A stretch of 64,000 nt of DNA from an uncultured Flavobacteriaceae bacterium (GTDB lineage Bacteria; Bacteroidota; Bacteroidia; Flavobacteriales; Flavobacteriaceae): NCBI GenBank assembly GCA_963789545.1, contig CAWBKZ010000006.1, positions 664,318 to 728,317 of the forward strand. The letters run 5' to 3'. The position numbers were made by a program, and so were the translations under genes. Positions 1-10,313 of the stretch are shown piece by piece. Position 1 is the first letter of the stretch; each line of letters starts with the position of its first letter. A model generated the notes under the pieces. That model ran no database searches, was not told the DNA's origin, and saw only the letters and a program-made list of their open reading frames with translations.

Positions 1-98
1 CTGCTCTTTTATTCCGATACCTTCTCTAGCAAAGATCTTTTATTATTTATTGCATATTTTAAACTTAATTTTAGCATCTATTAGCAATAAAATAAATA

Positions 99-494
99 TC
101 AATCATGTGGCGGATAATCCCCTTCACAATCTGCATAGCTAAAATTGTAAGTTTCTTCAAGAGCATCATAATAATCTCTTAGGTTTTGTATGACTATTAT
201 CTTTTCTTCTTCAGTACATACTTCGTCTTCCCTTCCATTTTCAATAGCAACAATGGTTTGACTAATAGAATTCATTTGGGCAATTTGCAAGCCACTCTTT
301 TCTATACAAGTCTCCCTGCAATTTGTATGGTTCAAACTGCACCTAACATTATTAATTTCATCAATATGTTCAACTCTAACTTTAGATAATTCTTGACTCA
401 TATAATACAAACATTCAGGGCCACCTTCACCGTCTTTACCACAGGAAAAAACAATTGTAAGTATTACAAATAATAACAATATTTTAGTTTTCAT
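99..494 (-). CDS. Cysteine-rich lipoprotein, hypothetical
   Basis: 131 aa ORF; signal peptide with lipobox-like VFSC; Cys pattern C..C..CxxxC..C..C; paralogous to the broken ORF at 519-903. Confidence 0.75.
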   Translation of the reverse strand: MKTKILLLFVILTIVFSCGKDGEGGPECLYYMSQELSKVRVEHIDEINNVRCSLNHTNCRETCIEKSGLQIAQMNSISQTIVAIENGREDEVCTEEEKIIVIQNLRDYYDALEETYNFSYADCEGDYPPHD

Positions 495-518
495 TTTTTT
501 ATTTTTTGCTAATTGCTT

Positions 519-903
519 TTAACAATCCTGGTAAATTTCTTCGCAACGATCATAAACTATTTCCAATGAATATTCTAACTCCCCTATTCTACCATTAAAT
601 CGATCAAGAATATTTATTCTTTCCTCCTCTGTACAGCCATCCGTAGCAGCATTTAAACTGCTTTTTTCTTGCTCTAGATCTTGTTTATACTCATTTGTAA
701 TCCCTCGCTTAATAATACATGCTTCACAGGAATTTGATAGGCCCTCGGAGTCAACTTACATGCATCATGTCATACTGGTATTGAACATCTCGATCAATAT
801 AGTAATCATCGTAATATTTTGCACAATCAGATGGACCAGTATCCTCTAATCCACAAGAAATAAATATTATTAATGCCCCATATAATAATATTCTAGATTT
901 CAT
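519..903 (-). pseudogene. Frameshifted cysteine-rich lipoprotein, paralog of 99-494 (not in ORF track)
   Basis: ATG at 903 gives MKSRILLYGALIIFISCGLEDTGPSDC...; after a frame change near 740-770 it reads ...NSCEACIIKRG...GCTEEERINIL...YDRCEEIYQDC* (TAA 519-521), matching NCRETCIEKSG / CTEEEKI / YADCEGDY of the neighbour. Confidence 0.7.
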
Positions 904-984
904 GATTTTTACATTTATTTGTTATGTTTGAAATGTTCTTAAACCATTCTTAGTATTTTTATCTAAAAGGGTACAAGGCTTAAT

Positions 985-1899
985 TTATTTAACCTTAAAT
1001 ACCTTCAACATTCCTTTACTTTTGGGCTCAGGAACTTCTGAAACAAAAGCATAGGTTCCCGGGGTAAAATTTGCATAAAAATAGCCAGCATTATTGGCTG
1101 GCATTTCTTCTACACCACCCATAAATGTAACTCCTTTGGGAACTGGTGTAATTAATCCTTTGGGACTTGCCCAATTCATCCATGCATCCAAACTGTCCAC
1201 ATCGGCTTCAGGGGCTAATTTTACCAAATGCACATCGTGACCCACAAAATTTTCGTGAAGTTTCTGATCTATATAGGTGACCTTGATAATTTGATTTCCC
1301 GGTTTGATTGTATCATTGTAAACAATGCCTTTCTCGCTCGATATTTCAAGGTTCACAGTGGGGGTTGGCTCTTCTTCTTCACTACTTTGTTCAGTAACAA
1401 TTATTGGTTTATACATTCCCATAACCGAATGAAATTTCCCGTTGGGCATTTTTACATAACATTCCATCAAATATGTGCCAGGATCCAGTTTTATAACAGA
1501 CTTTGAAGTTGAGTTTGGTGCAGTTAAACCCACGCCACCAGTGACAACAACATTAAAGTACCAAGCTGGAAGCGAATCAAAAGCCTTGAAGCCAGCTGCT
1601 GCATTGCCTTCGTTTATAAGGGTCATTCCCTTGTCAAATACTGGAAAGACTTCAGCCCGTGTATCTTCACTATCTTTCCCTTCAGGATATTTTTCGAAGA
1701 GAATAAAATGGGTCTCATTCGAAGAATTAATATACTTTATAGTGTTCCAGCCAGAAGGTATGGTATCGGGGCCAGAGAATTCCATAGCATTGGTTTGAAA
1801 TACAATGTTCTTTTCTACAAGAATAGGCTCTTCCTTTTTTTGTTTTTCATTGCAAGAAAACAGAAGTAGTATTAATATGAATGTAATTACAGTTTTCAT
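985..1899 (-). CDS. Lipoprotein with two tandem cupredoxin-like domains
   Basis: Lipobox LFSC; internal duplication (GWNTIKYIN...LDPGTY vs GNQIIKVTY...FTPGTY); first repeat has His...Cys-x9-His-x4-Met. Confidence 0.65.
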   Translation of the reverse strand: MKTVITFILILLLFSCNEKQKKEEPILVEKNIVFQTNAMEFSGPDTIPSGWNTIKYINSSNETHFILFEKYPEGKDSEDTRAEVFPVFDKGMTLINEGNAAAGFKAFDSLPAWYFNVVVTGGVGLTAPNSTSKSVIKLDPGTYLMECYVKMPNGKFHSVMGMYKPIIVTEQSSEEEEPTPTVNLEISSEKGIVYNDTIKPGNQIIKVTYIDQKLHENFVGHDVHLVKLAPEADVDSLDAWMNWASPKGLITPVPKGVTFMGGVEEMPANNAGYFYANFTPGTYAFVSEVPEPKSKGMLKVFKVK

Positions 1900-2055
1900 T
1901 TCTTTAAAATTTTTATGGATTTCATCACTTTATTGTCTAATAGGATTTTCAATTCATATTTACCCTGTTTTAAATGATCAATGCTCATATAAATAACATC
2001 GTCTTTTTTATTGCTATCAAAGGAATTTTTCATTGATGAAACCTTTTATTGATAC

Positions 2056-2121
2056 CAAATTTATAAGGAAGGGAGAAATGAAAGTATTAGAAATGTTCCA
2101 AAAGCTATAAGATATGTTCCA
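2056..2121 (-). promoter_or_regulatory. -7 promoter box (TAAATTTG) with upstream direct repeat, putative AraC/HTCS operator
   Basis: CAAATTTA at 2056-2063 on + strand; ATGTTCCA at 2093-2100 and 2114-2121 (21 bp spacing). Confidence 0.55.
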
Positions 2122-2150
2122 CACTGAGGGAATACGCTAATTTGAAGTGA

Positions 2151-5100
2151 TTAAGGGGCTTTTTCGAGATATTCGTTGGGTGTACAATTGTATTCATCCT
2201 TAAAGCATTTACTGAAATAGGAAGGCGTATTGAACCCCACTTGATAGGCAATTTCGGAGATGGAAGCATCCGTTTCCTTTAGCAAACGGACGGCCAGTTT
2301 TAATCGTTGTGAACGTATAAACTCACTAGCAGACATTCCTGTTATGGCTTTTAGTTTTCGGTGAAGTTGTGTACGGCTCATGTGCATAAGCTTTCCAAAA
2401 CGGTCACTCGTGAATTCCGGGCTTGTTATGTGTTCATCCAATATTTTTTGCAAACGTTTTAAAAATTCACTTTCAGTAGTAGTTATCGCCAACTCTGGAT
2501 TGATGCTGAGTGTTTTACTGAAATGTTTTTGAAGTTTTTGCCTATTTTCAATAAGTTTTTCAACCCATATTTTTAGTTTTTCACTGTTGAAAGGTTTGGT
2601 TACATACGCATCTGCACCTGTTTTTATACCTTCTATTTCGCTTTCTTCACCAACTTTTGCTGTTAGGATAATTATTGGGATATGGCTGGTCAGCTCATTT
2701 GTTTTAAGGGTATTGCAAAGCTGGGTGCCGTCAAATTCGGGCATCATAATGTCACTGATTATTAAATCTGGCAAATCTTTTAAGGCTAAATCGATTCCTA
2801 TTTTTCCGTTTTCGGCTTCAACTATCTTATAGTCTCTCTTAAATATCGAAATAATAAACGCACGAATATCCGGTTCGTCCTCAACTATCAATAACAATGG
2901 CTTTTCTTTAGTTGAAAGTTCAATAGGGGTTTCTAAAGGGGTTTCTGTTTTCACAATCTCTTCAACTGAAACAATTTCATCAACATTAAAAGCATCTTTA
3001 TTTATGGGAAGCGAAACGTTAAATTGAATTCTGTCACTATCTATATTGTTTGCGATAATTGTTCCTTTTGAAAGGGCAACCAACTCCCTAACCAAGGCGA
3101 GGCCAACGCCCACACCATCAGAAAGTTTGTTATCTTGATAAAATCGCTGGAATAGCTTACTTAAATCTTTTTTTCCAATATTATGAGTTGTATTTATTAT
3201 TGAAAGCACTAATATTTCTTCCTGTTTGTGAGCCTCAAAAACAATTTTACCGCCTTCTGGTGAATATTTTATAGCATTTGATAAAAGATTTGAACTTACT
3301 TTTTCAATAACATCCTTGTCAAACCAAACGTTTTTTAAATCATGAATACTGCTTTCAATAGTTATATTTTTTTCGGCAGCTTTATATTGGAAAGCACTTA
3401 TAAGTTGTTTGAGAACAATGGAAAGATTTCCTTGCTTTATCGTTAATTTTCGCTGGCCAGAATCTATCATAGACAAATCGAGCATTTGTCCAACTAAGCC
3501 AAGCAACCTATCGGCGTTTTGTTTTACCAATGAAAGTTCTTTTCTATCAACTTTTGAAATTTCAGGTTTTGCTAGTTGGTTATCAATTGGTCCCACAATA
3601 AGCGTTAATGGTGTACGGAATTCGTGCGAAATATCTGTGTAAAGTCTGGTTTTAAATTCATCTAAAGCTTTGGCAGCCTTTAGTTTATTTGAAGCTACGT
3701 GCTGTTTTAGTCTTAAGTAATAAAAAGACATTATAACTGAAATAAAAATTAAACCATAAAGCAAGTATGCAATTGTGGTTTTATACCAAGGCGCATGTAT
3801 CGTAAATGTTTTTTCGGCAACTGGAGTATCGTCAGCAATATGATAGGCTGCCTTAACATAAAAGTTATATTCACCTGGTTCCAGATTTGTGAAACTAACC
3901 ATATTGCTTTCGGTTTCACGCCAAGTACCTTCTTGATCATTAAGCTTATAGAAATAATTCAGTTTTTTTGGGTAACTGTAATCTATAGAAGCGAAATGTA
4001 TTGTGAAATATGATTGTGTAGGTTCTACTTCAAAATGATTACTATTTTTAATATTTATTTTATCAATTTCAACAGTTGTTTTGGAGTCTTGAATACTTTT
4101 ATATAAATCAACATAGGTAATTATTGGTTTAGTTTTGATTTCAGGAAATTGAAATTCTTTTGAATCTATTACCTGAACACCACTTTCGGTTCCAAAATAT
4201 AATTTGTTCTTATAAAACAAACGGGAAGTAAAAAGGCACGCATCGGATATTAATCCATCCTCAGTATTAAGGTTAAGCAATCTGTCTTTCTGAAGGTCAT
4301 ACACAAACAAACCATTTCTAATAGTACTTATCCAGAATAAGCCCGAAGCATCTTCAGTTATAGCCATTGTTTTTTTGTCGAAATATTCTCCACCGATTTC
4401 GAGGCTATTGAAAGTTTGGTTTATACTGTTATAAATATTAATCCCACTATCCATTCCAAACCAGATATTACCGTTTTTTGCTTCGTATATTTCATATAAT
4501 GTGTTTGCGTTAAGTGTTTTTGGCTTTGGTAAGTTGACTGAATATTGTTGAAAGCTGAATTCATTTTTATTGGCACTGATTTTAGAAACCTGTGGAATTT
4601 TATAAATTCCATTTCCAACTGTAATTACCCATAAATTATCCTGTTTATCTATATGAAGTTGCAAGGCTTTCAGCTCTTTATTATTGCTATCAAAAGTGAA
4701 ACTTTTTAAAACTTCCCCGTTTAGATTTACAAGGAGTATCCCCTCCCAAGTGCTTACCCACAGATAACCGTTTTTATCTTGTTCAATTCCATATATTTTT
4801 AACAGCTTATTGTCATCTTTATCAACTTTATAGCTTTTCAAATTTCCCTTATTATCAATATGGTATAATCGATTATTAAGTCCTCCAGCCCAAATTCCAT
4901 TATTTGTTTTTAAAACTGAAAATATATTAAAATCAAGTAGTTGTGTTGTAGCTTTTGATGCCAAACTATATTTATAAAGTCCACTGATTCCTGCTATAAT
5001 TAGGTTATCCTCATCGGGTAATATTCTTCTTGCATGAATTGGAATCACTTCTTTGAAAATTCGCCCACTAATACTCTCTCTGTATAGTCCATTATTTGTT

Positions 5101-6017
5101 CCTATCCAGAGTATTTCTTGTTTGTCTAAAAAAAGGGATTGAATATTCTGCATAATATCGACACCCTCTGTGGGAGTTAATTTTTGATATGTATTTTTTA
5201 AAATATCAAATTTATAGATGTATTCCTTGCCGAATAAAAAACAAGTATTGTTTCTAATATTGGAGATGCCGTAAATGATTTCAGGTGTTTTTAATAAAAC
5301 CGGTTTGGCTCCCAAAGTATATGTATAGAGTGAATCCTTTCTTTTTAAAATAAAATTGGATGCGCCAATATGAAACATTTTTGTGATTGCGCTGTCATTA
5401 TAAATAGGCGAAAGTTTTCTGATTGCGCTGTCATAAATAAAAATAGTGTCTTCAGTATAAATAACGACTTTACCATCATCCGTTTCATTAACAAATACGT
5501 TCTGGCTATATTCTCTAATCTTTTCAAAAGTGTTATCAGGTTTTTTTTTAAATAAACCATTTTCAGATTCAATCCATAATTCATCATTAGAGGTGATAAA
5601 TAAGTCATAAATAATTGAACCCTTTAAAGCCTTATTACCATCCTTAATAATTACTTCTTCAAAGTCTCCCGTGTCCTGGTCAAACCGCACCAAACCTTCT
5701 CCTTGAGTGCCTATCCAAAATATTCCCTTACTGTCCTGAGCTATACAACGTACCCAGTTTGCAGGAAGTGAGTTCTTTTTTTGTGGATTATAATGATATG
5801 ATTTTGAACCTTTTTCAAAAAGTTTGTGCAGCCCATCTTGGGTTCCCACCCAAATAAAACCTTCATTATCCTGTATAAGAGTGGATACCCATTGGTTTTC
5901 CAATTCCCCTTTAATAAGATTTAAATGGAAGTTGTTTGCTTCGTCTGAAATATGTTGATTTTGTGACAAAGCAATGCAAGGAAGAAAAAAAATAAAGAGT
6001 AGCTTTATAATATTCAT
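2151..6017 (-). CDS. Hybrid two-component system (beta-propeller sensor, Y_Y_Y, HisKA, HATPase, REC, AraC HTH)
   Basis: 1288 aa; repeated QD..G.IWIGT blades, TM segment, ISHEFRTPLT H-box, NLLSNAIKYS, GVGVGLAL, DLIISDIMMP receiver, SISEIAYQVGFNTPSYFSKCFK. Confidence 0.95.
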   Translation of the reverse strand: MNIIKLLFIFFLPCIALSQNQHISDEANNFHLNLIKGELENQWVSTLIQDNEGFIWVGTQDGLHKLFEKGSKSYHYNPQKKNSLPANWVRCIAQDSKGIFWIGTQGEGLVRFDQDTGDFEEVIIKDGNKALKGSIIYDLFITSNDELWIESENGLFKKKPDNTFEKIREYSQNVFVNETDDGKVVIYTEDTIFIYDSAIRKLSPIYNDSAITKMFHIGASNFILKRKDSLYTYTLGAKPVLLKTPEIIYGISNIRNNTCFLFGKEYIYKFDILKNTYQKLTPTEGVDIMQNIQSLFLDKQEILWIGTNNGLYRESISGRIFKEVIPIHARRILPDEDNLIIAGISGLYKYSLASKATTQLLDFNIFSVLKTNNGIWAGGLNNRLYHIDNKGNLKSYKVDKDDNKLLKIYGIEQDKNGYLWVSTWEGILLVNLNGEVLKSFTFDSNNKELKALQLHIDKQDNLWVITVGNGIYKIPQVSKISANKNEFSFQQYSVNLPKPKTLNANTLYEIYEAKNGNIWFGMDSGINIYNSINQTFNSLEIGGEYFDKKTMAITEDASGLFWISTIRNGLFVYDLQKDRLLNLNTEDGLISDACLFTSRLFYKNKLYFGTESGVQVIDSKEFQFPEIKTKPIITYVDLYKSIQDSKTTVEIDKINIKNSNHFEVEPTQSYFTIHFASIDYSYPKKLNYFYKLNDQEGTWRETESNMVSFTNLEPGEYNFYVKAAYHIADDTPVAEKTFTIHAPWYKTTIAYLLYGLIFISVIMSFYYLRLKQHVASNKLKAAKALDEFKTRLYTDISHEFRTPLTLIVGPIDNQLAKPEISKVDRKELSLVKQNADRLLGLVGQMLDLSMIDSGQRKLTIKQGNLSIVLKQLISAFQYKAAEKNITIESSIHDLKNVWFDKDVIEKVSSNLLSNAIKYSPEGGKIVFEAHKQEEILVLSIINTTHNIGKKDLSKLFQRFYQDNKLSDGVGVGLALVRELVALSKGTIIANNIDSDRIQFNVSLPINKDAFNVDEIVSVEEIVKTETPLETPIELSTKEKPLLLIVEDEPDIRAFIISIFKRDYKIVEAENGKIGIDLALKDLPDLIISDIMMPEFDGTQLCNTLKTNELTSHIPIIILTAKVGEESEIEGIKTGADAYVTKPFNSEKLKIWVEKLIENRQKLQKHFSKTLSINPELAITTTESEFLKRLQKILDEHITSPEFTSDRFGKLMHMSRTQLHRKLKAITGMSASEFIRSQRLKLAVRLLKETDASISEIAYQVGFNTPSYFSKCFKDEYNCTPNEYLEKAP

Positions 6018-6186
6018 TTGGGGCTAATTTCTTATTTAAAGTTACTAAAAATATTACAGTTTTTGTAACGGTCATGATTTGGTGCTTTAAACTATATTAT
6101 TTAAGGCTTTCATAAAGATATATTGATGATTTTCATCAACATAAAAAAACATCAAAAAAGGATTAGAATATTTCAAAAAAGCTTTC

Positions 6187-6194
6187 TATATTTG
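6187..6194 (+). promoter_or_regulatory. Bacteroidota -7 box of the tRNA promoter
   Basis: TATATTTG matches TAnnTTTG, 40 bp upstream of the tRNA. Confidence 0.6.
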
Positions 6195-6233
6195 CAACCT
6201 CTTAAGCAAAACGCTTAGAGAACGCATACCACT

Positions 6234-6318
6234 GGAGAAATGGCAGAGTGGTCGAATGCGGCAGTCTTGAAAACTGTTGAGGGTCACACCTCCGGGGGTT
6301 CGAATCCCTCTTTCTCCG
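6234..6318 (+). tRNA. tRNA-Ser (anticodon TGA)
   Basis: GGAGAAA/TTTCTCC acceptor stem, D-arm TGGCAGAGTGG, anticodon arm GCAGT-CTTGAAA-ACTGT, long variable arm, GGTTCGAATCC T-loop; CCA not encoded. Confidence 0.96.
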
Positions 6319-6324
6319 CTAAAT

Positions 6325-6365
6325 AAAACCGCAAAAGCTTGTTTATAAAGCTGTTGCGGTTTTTT
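6325..6365 (+). terminator. Rho-independent terminator after the tRNA
   Basis: AAAACCGCAAAAGC...GCTGTTGCGGTTTTTT hairpin plus T tract. Confidence 0.7.
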
Positions 6366-6462
6366 CTTTTAAAAATCACGTAATTTGTGTTTTGTTGCAG
6401 GAATTTATTTAAGATTTTTACTTTTTAGCTCAATTTTAAAAGTTTATCAAAACGGAAAAAAT

Positions 6463-7749
6463 CTACTTTCCAGTATAAGCAATTCGCCATATATGATGTG
6501 TTGTGTCGTCTGTTATTAGCATCGATCCATCTGGCATTACTACTGCACCCACAGGTCTTCCGCGAACTTCATCTTTGTCTGGATCAACAATAAACCCCGT
6601 AAGAAAATCCTCGGGTTTGCCAGAAGGTTTTCCATTATTAAAAGGAATGAAAACTACTCGATATCCTGCAAGTATTTCTTTGTTCCACGAGCCATGCTGT
6701 ATAACGAAAGCGCCGTTTTTGTATTTTTTAGGGAAAGTATCCGCCGTATAAAAAACCAAGCCCAAAGAGGCAGTGTGCGAGCCAAGATCCACATCAGGAA
6801 CAATAGCTTCTTTCAGCCTAACATTTGGCGGAATAGGCACTCGGGGATCAAAATGGTTGCCCCAATAGGAATAAGGCCAGCCATAATAACCACCTTCCTG
6901 TACAGAAGTTAAATAGTCCGGCACCAAGTGGTTACCCAATTCATCCCGCTCATTAACGGAAGTCCATAATGTTTTTGTTGTAGGTTCCCAATCCATTCCC
7001 ACGGGATTTCTAAGACCGGAAGCATAAATTTCCATATCGCTCCCGTCAGGGTTCATCACCAAAATATTGGCTCTCATCACTTCGTGCTCCATACCTTTTT
7101 CCCCAATATTATCTCCACTACCCACGGCAATATATATTTTAGAATCATCTTCATTTGTAATTATATTTCGTGTCCAATGCCGGTTTACTTTCCCATCAGG
7201 AAGATCGGCTATCTTTTCACCCATTACGGTAATTTTTGTTTGCCCCGCTTTATATGGATAGCGTAACACGGCATCCGTATTTGCAACATATAACCAATTG
7301 CCAATAACAAGCATTCCGAAGGGTTGGTTGAGACCTTCATTTTTAGAGAGGAATGTTTTGCGAATATCAGGGAATCCATCATTATTTGTATCCCGGAGAA
7401 GCGTAATAACATCTGCACTTTTCTTTAAGTTATTAGATCCTCCAGCGCCAATTATTGTTGCACCAATCTGTTTTGGAATGCTATAGTTACTATTACTCTC
7501 AGCCACCAAAACATCACCATTTGGCGTAACGTACATCCACCGTGGATTTTCAAAACCATCTGCATATTTTGTAACTTCAAATCCTTCAGGAGCCATTGGT
7601 GTTTCACCTTCTTCCCAACCTACTACATTGGAATAGTTTGAAACCGACTCTGTTGCATAAGGTTCTGGTAATTCTTTTTTATAATTTTTTTGTGAAAAAA
7701 GAGAAAGGGGAATTGCTATTAATATGAAAAGTGAGAATTGTAATTTCAT
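6463..7749 (-). CDS. Sorbosone/glucose dehydrogenase family (PQQ-type beta-propeller)
   Basis: 428 aa, signal peptide; NPRWMYVTPNGDVLVAES, GLRNPVG, VNERDELG, HGSWN, GRPVG motifs. Confidence 0.88.
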   Translation of the reverse strand: MKLQFSLFILIAIPLSLFSQKNYKKELPEPYATESVSNYSNVVGWEEGETPMAPEGFEVTKYADGFENPRWMYVTPNGDVLVAESNSNYSIPKQIGATIIGAGGSNNLKKSADVITLLRDTNNDGFPDIRKTFLSKNEGLNQPFGMLVIGNWLYVANTDAVLRYPYKAGQTKITVMGEKIADLPDGKVNRHWTRNIITNEDDSKIYIAVGSGDNIGEKGMEHEVMRANILVMNPDGSDMEIYASGLRNPVGMDWEPTTKTLWTSVNERDELGNHLVPDYLTSVQEGGYYGWPYSYWGNHFDPRVPIPPNVRLKEAIVPDVDLGSHTASLGLVFYTADTFPKKYKNGAFVIQHGSWNKEILAGYRVVFIPFNNGKPSGKPEDFLTGFIVDPDKDEVRGRPVGAVVMPDGSMLITDDTTHHIWRIAYTGK

Positions 7750-7997
7750 GATATGTGCTGTTTAATTTATTCAATAATCAGTAACTGTTACTATCATTAA
7801 ATATATTATTTTACAAAAAAAGTCATTCTTAAGAAATTGTTATAATATTGAAAACCAAAGCTTTTAAGATGCAAACGCGTTAAAAATTTAATAAACTCTC
7901 TCCTTCTGCAACCAATCCGCTAGTTATTTATTTATTTTTAAAATATAAACTTCCCGCTCAATTAAATGAATTATTGGAAAATAATGGGTTTTAAAAA

Positions 7998-10313
7998 TTG
8001 CAACAGACAATGAAATTGACAGCCTTAAAGGTACCAGTGATTTTATTTTTAACTGCTTTGTTGAATACTCTGAATGCCCAGAAAATAGAAGGGTTTGTTT
8101 ATACAAAAGAGAATACTCCCATTTCGGGGGTTTCTATTTTTTTAAATTCTGAAAAACTTACCAAAACGAATGCTCAAGGGGTTTTTATTCTTTCCGAAGC
8201 TTTCAAACTGCCTCTGAATCTAAGATTGGAACATCCAGGCTTTTTTATAAGCGAAGTGGTACTAAAACAGAACAATACAGTTTTTCAATTATCACCTCTT
8301 TCCAAAGTAGAGGAATTAGATGAGATAAATATTGCCGCAGGCAAGAATATTTCCGAAGGATCAGCAACCGGAATAATACTCCCCACAGAAACAATAACCG
8401 CAGTGAAATTTGATGCATATAGCCCCATTGATCTCGTTTCTGCCATTAATGAAACGCCCGGCGTCTTTATTCAAAGTGGTGCAATAAATACCAATAGAAT
8501 TACAATTCGCGGTATAGGATCACGAACGCCGTACGGCACAAATAAAATAAGGGCGTACTTTAACGGAATACCAATTACTAACGGAGTGGGCGAAACGGCA
8601 ATCGATATTTATGATGCAGAGAGTGTGCAATCGCTTGAAATTATAAAAGGCCCAAAAGCCACGCAATATGGAACCAATTTGGGCGGCACATTGCTAATAA
8701 ACTCGAAACAAGCTGAAGTAGGTGAATCGTTTTTGAAAACTAACTTAACGCTTGGGGCATTCGGATTGATAAAAAATACAGTTTCAACCGCAACTTCTAC
8801 CGAAAAATTTTCATTGAATTTAAACTACGATCATCTGGAAACCGATGGTTTTCGAGAGAACAACAACTATGACAGAAGTACATTGCTTCTCACTTCAAAG
8901 TATAAATTCAATTTGCAAACTGACATTTCACTTTTAATTAATTACATAGATTATTTTGCGCAGATTCCCAGTTCCATTGATAAAACGGCTTTTGACGAAG
9001 ATCCTTCACAAGCGGCTTTTACGTGGAAAGAAGCCCAAGGTTTTGAAGACAATAAGCAAATCTTAACTGGAGTTAATTTTTCACATCTTTTCTCTGAAAA
9101 TTTCAAAAATACCACCAGTATTTTTTATACCTATTTGGATCATTATGAGCCACGGCCCTTTAATATTTTGGATGAATTTACCAACGGTTATGGAGCACGG
9201 ACCGTTTTTGCCAAAGATTATTTATTATTCCAAAAAACAGCAAATCTAAGTTTTGGAGGTGAGTTTTATAAAGACCAATACAATTGGAGAACCATTGAAA
9301 ATCTATACGAGGAAAATAATGGCTACGGAAGCCTTGAAGGAGATTTGCTTAGTGAGAATGTGGAAAAAAGGAACAACTTAAACGTGTTTGCCTATGCAAA
9401 TATTTCTTTTACAAAAAAACTTAAAGGACAATTTGGGTTGAACTTTAATATTACCAACTACAGTTTTATTGATGAATTTAATGAAGGTGAAACAAACAGA
9501 AGTGCGGAACGCAAATTCGACCCTATTTTTGCGCCCAATGTAAATTTACTATACCAATTCACCGAAAATATTAAGGCGTTTTTTAATTTTAGCCGTGGCT
9601 TTAATTATCCTTCCATTGAAGAAACCTTGACTCCGGAAGGTATTATAAATCCAAGGCTTGGCCCAGAAAAAGGATTTAATTACGAACTGGGCAGTGAGCT
9701 TTGCTTTTTCAAGCGAAAACTCCATTTGTTTGTGAATGCCTATCTGATGGATATTGATGATTTGCTTGTTGCCGAACGAATTGGCGAAGACCAATATATT
9801 GGCCGAAATGCAGGAAAAACGGAACATAAAGGAATTGAACTTCAAATTTCTTATTTGCAACACCTCACTAATTTCAGTTATATTTCAACATACCTAAATG
9901 CGGAGATTACAGATCATACATTTATTGATTTTGTAGATGGTGAATCTAACTTTTCGGGAAACCAACTCACGGGAGTACCCGACAAAAAAGTAAACGGCGG
10001 AATCAATGTTGGATTGGGAAACTTAATTCTGAATACAAATTTTCTTCATATTGGAGAGATTCCTCTAAACGATGCCAATCAACTTTTTTCAGAAAAATAT
10101 ACTGTTTTCAATGTAAAAGCCTCCTATAATAAAAATCTTTCTAAATCTCTTTCTTTGGAAGTAAATGGGGGTATTAATAATTTTACTGATGAAAAATATG
10201 CTGCCTCAGTATTAATAAACGCTACCGGTTTCGGTAACTCCCAACCACGTTATTATTATCCCGGAAAGCCAAGAAACTGGTTTGGGGGAGTAAAGTTGAT
10301 GTATAGATTATAA
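7998..10313 (+). CDS. TonB-dependent receptor
   Basis: 771 aa (start possibly 8010); N-terminal CarboxypepD-like domain, plug ITIRGIG...NGIP...LEIIKGP, C-terminal PGKPRNWFGGVKLMYRL. Confidence 0.9.
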   Translation: MQQTMKLTALKVPVILFLTALLNTLNAQKIEGFVYTKENTPISGVSIFLNSEKLTKTNAQGVFILSEAFKLPLNLRLEHPGFFISEVVLKQNNTVFQLSPLSKVEELDEINIAAGKNISEGSATGIILPTETITAVKFDAYSPIDLVSAINETPGVFIQSGAINTNRITIRGIGSRTPYGTNKIRAYFNGIPITNGVGETAIDIYDAESVQSLEIIKGPKATQYGTNLGGTLLINSKQAEVGESFLKTNLTLGAFGLIKNTVSTATSTEKFSLNLNYDHLETDGFRENNNYDRSTLLLTSKYKFNLQTDISLLINYIDYFAQIPSSIDKTAFDEDPSQAAFTWKEAQGFEDNKQILTGVNFSHLFSENFKNTTSIFYTYLDHYEPRPFNILDEFTNGYGARTVFAKDYLLFQKTANLSFGGEFYKDQYNWRTIENLYEENNGYGSLEGDLLSENVEKRNNLNVFAYANISFTKKLKGQFGLNFNITNYSFIDEFNEGETNRSAERKFDPIFAPNVNLLYQFTENIKAFFNFSRGFNYPSIEETLTPEGIINPRLGPEKGFNYELGSELCFFKRKLHLFVNAYLMDIDDLLVAERIGEDQYIGRNAGKTEHKGIELQISYLQHLTNFSYISTYLNAEITDHTFIDFVDGESNFSGNQLTGVPDKKVNGGINVGLGNLILNTNFLHIGEIPLNDANQLFSEKYTVFNVKASYNKNLSKSLSLEVNGGINNFTDEKYAASVLINATGFGNSQPRYYYPGKPRNWFGGVKLMYRL

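Noticed and set aside
5379-5436. Repeat TGATTGCGCTGTCAT twice within the HTCS gene
   Set aside because: Short in-frame coding duplication (YDSAI/NDSAI) in a propeller blade; not an array
1-6365. Genomic island integrated at tRNA-Ser
   Set aside because: The accessory-looking genes lie on the 5' side of the tRNA; I saw no integrase and no duplicated tRNA 3' end in the window
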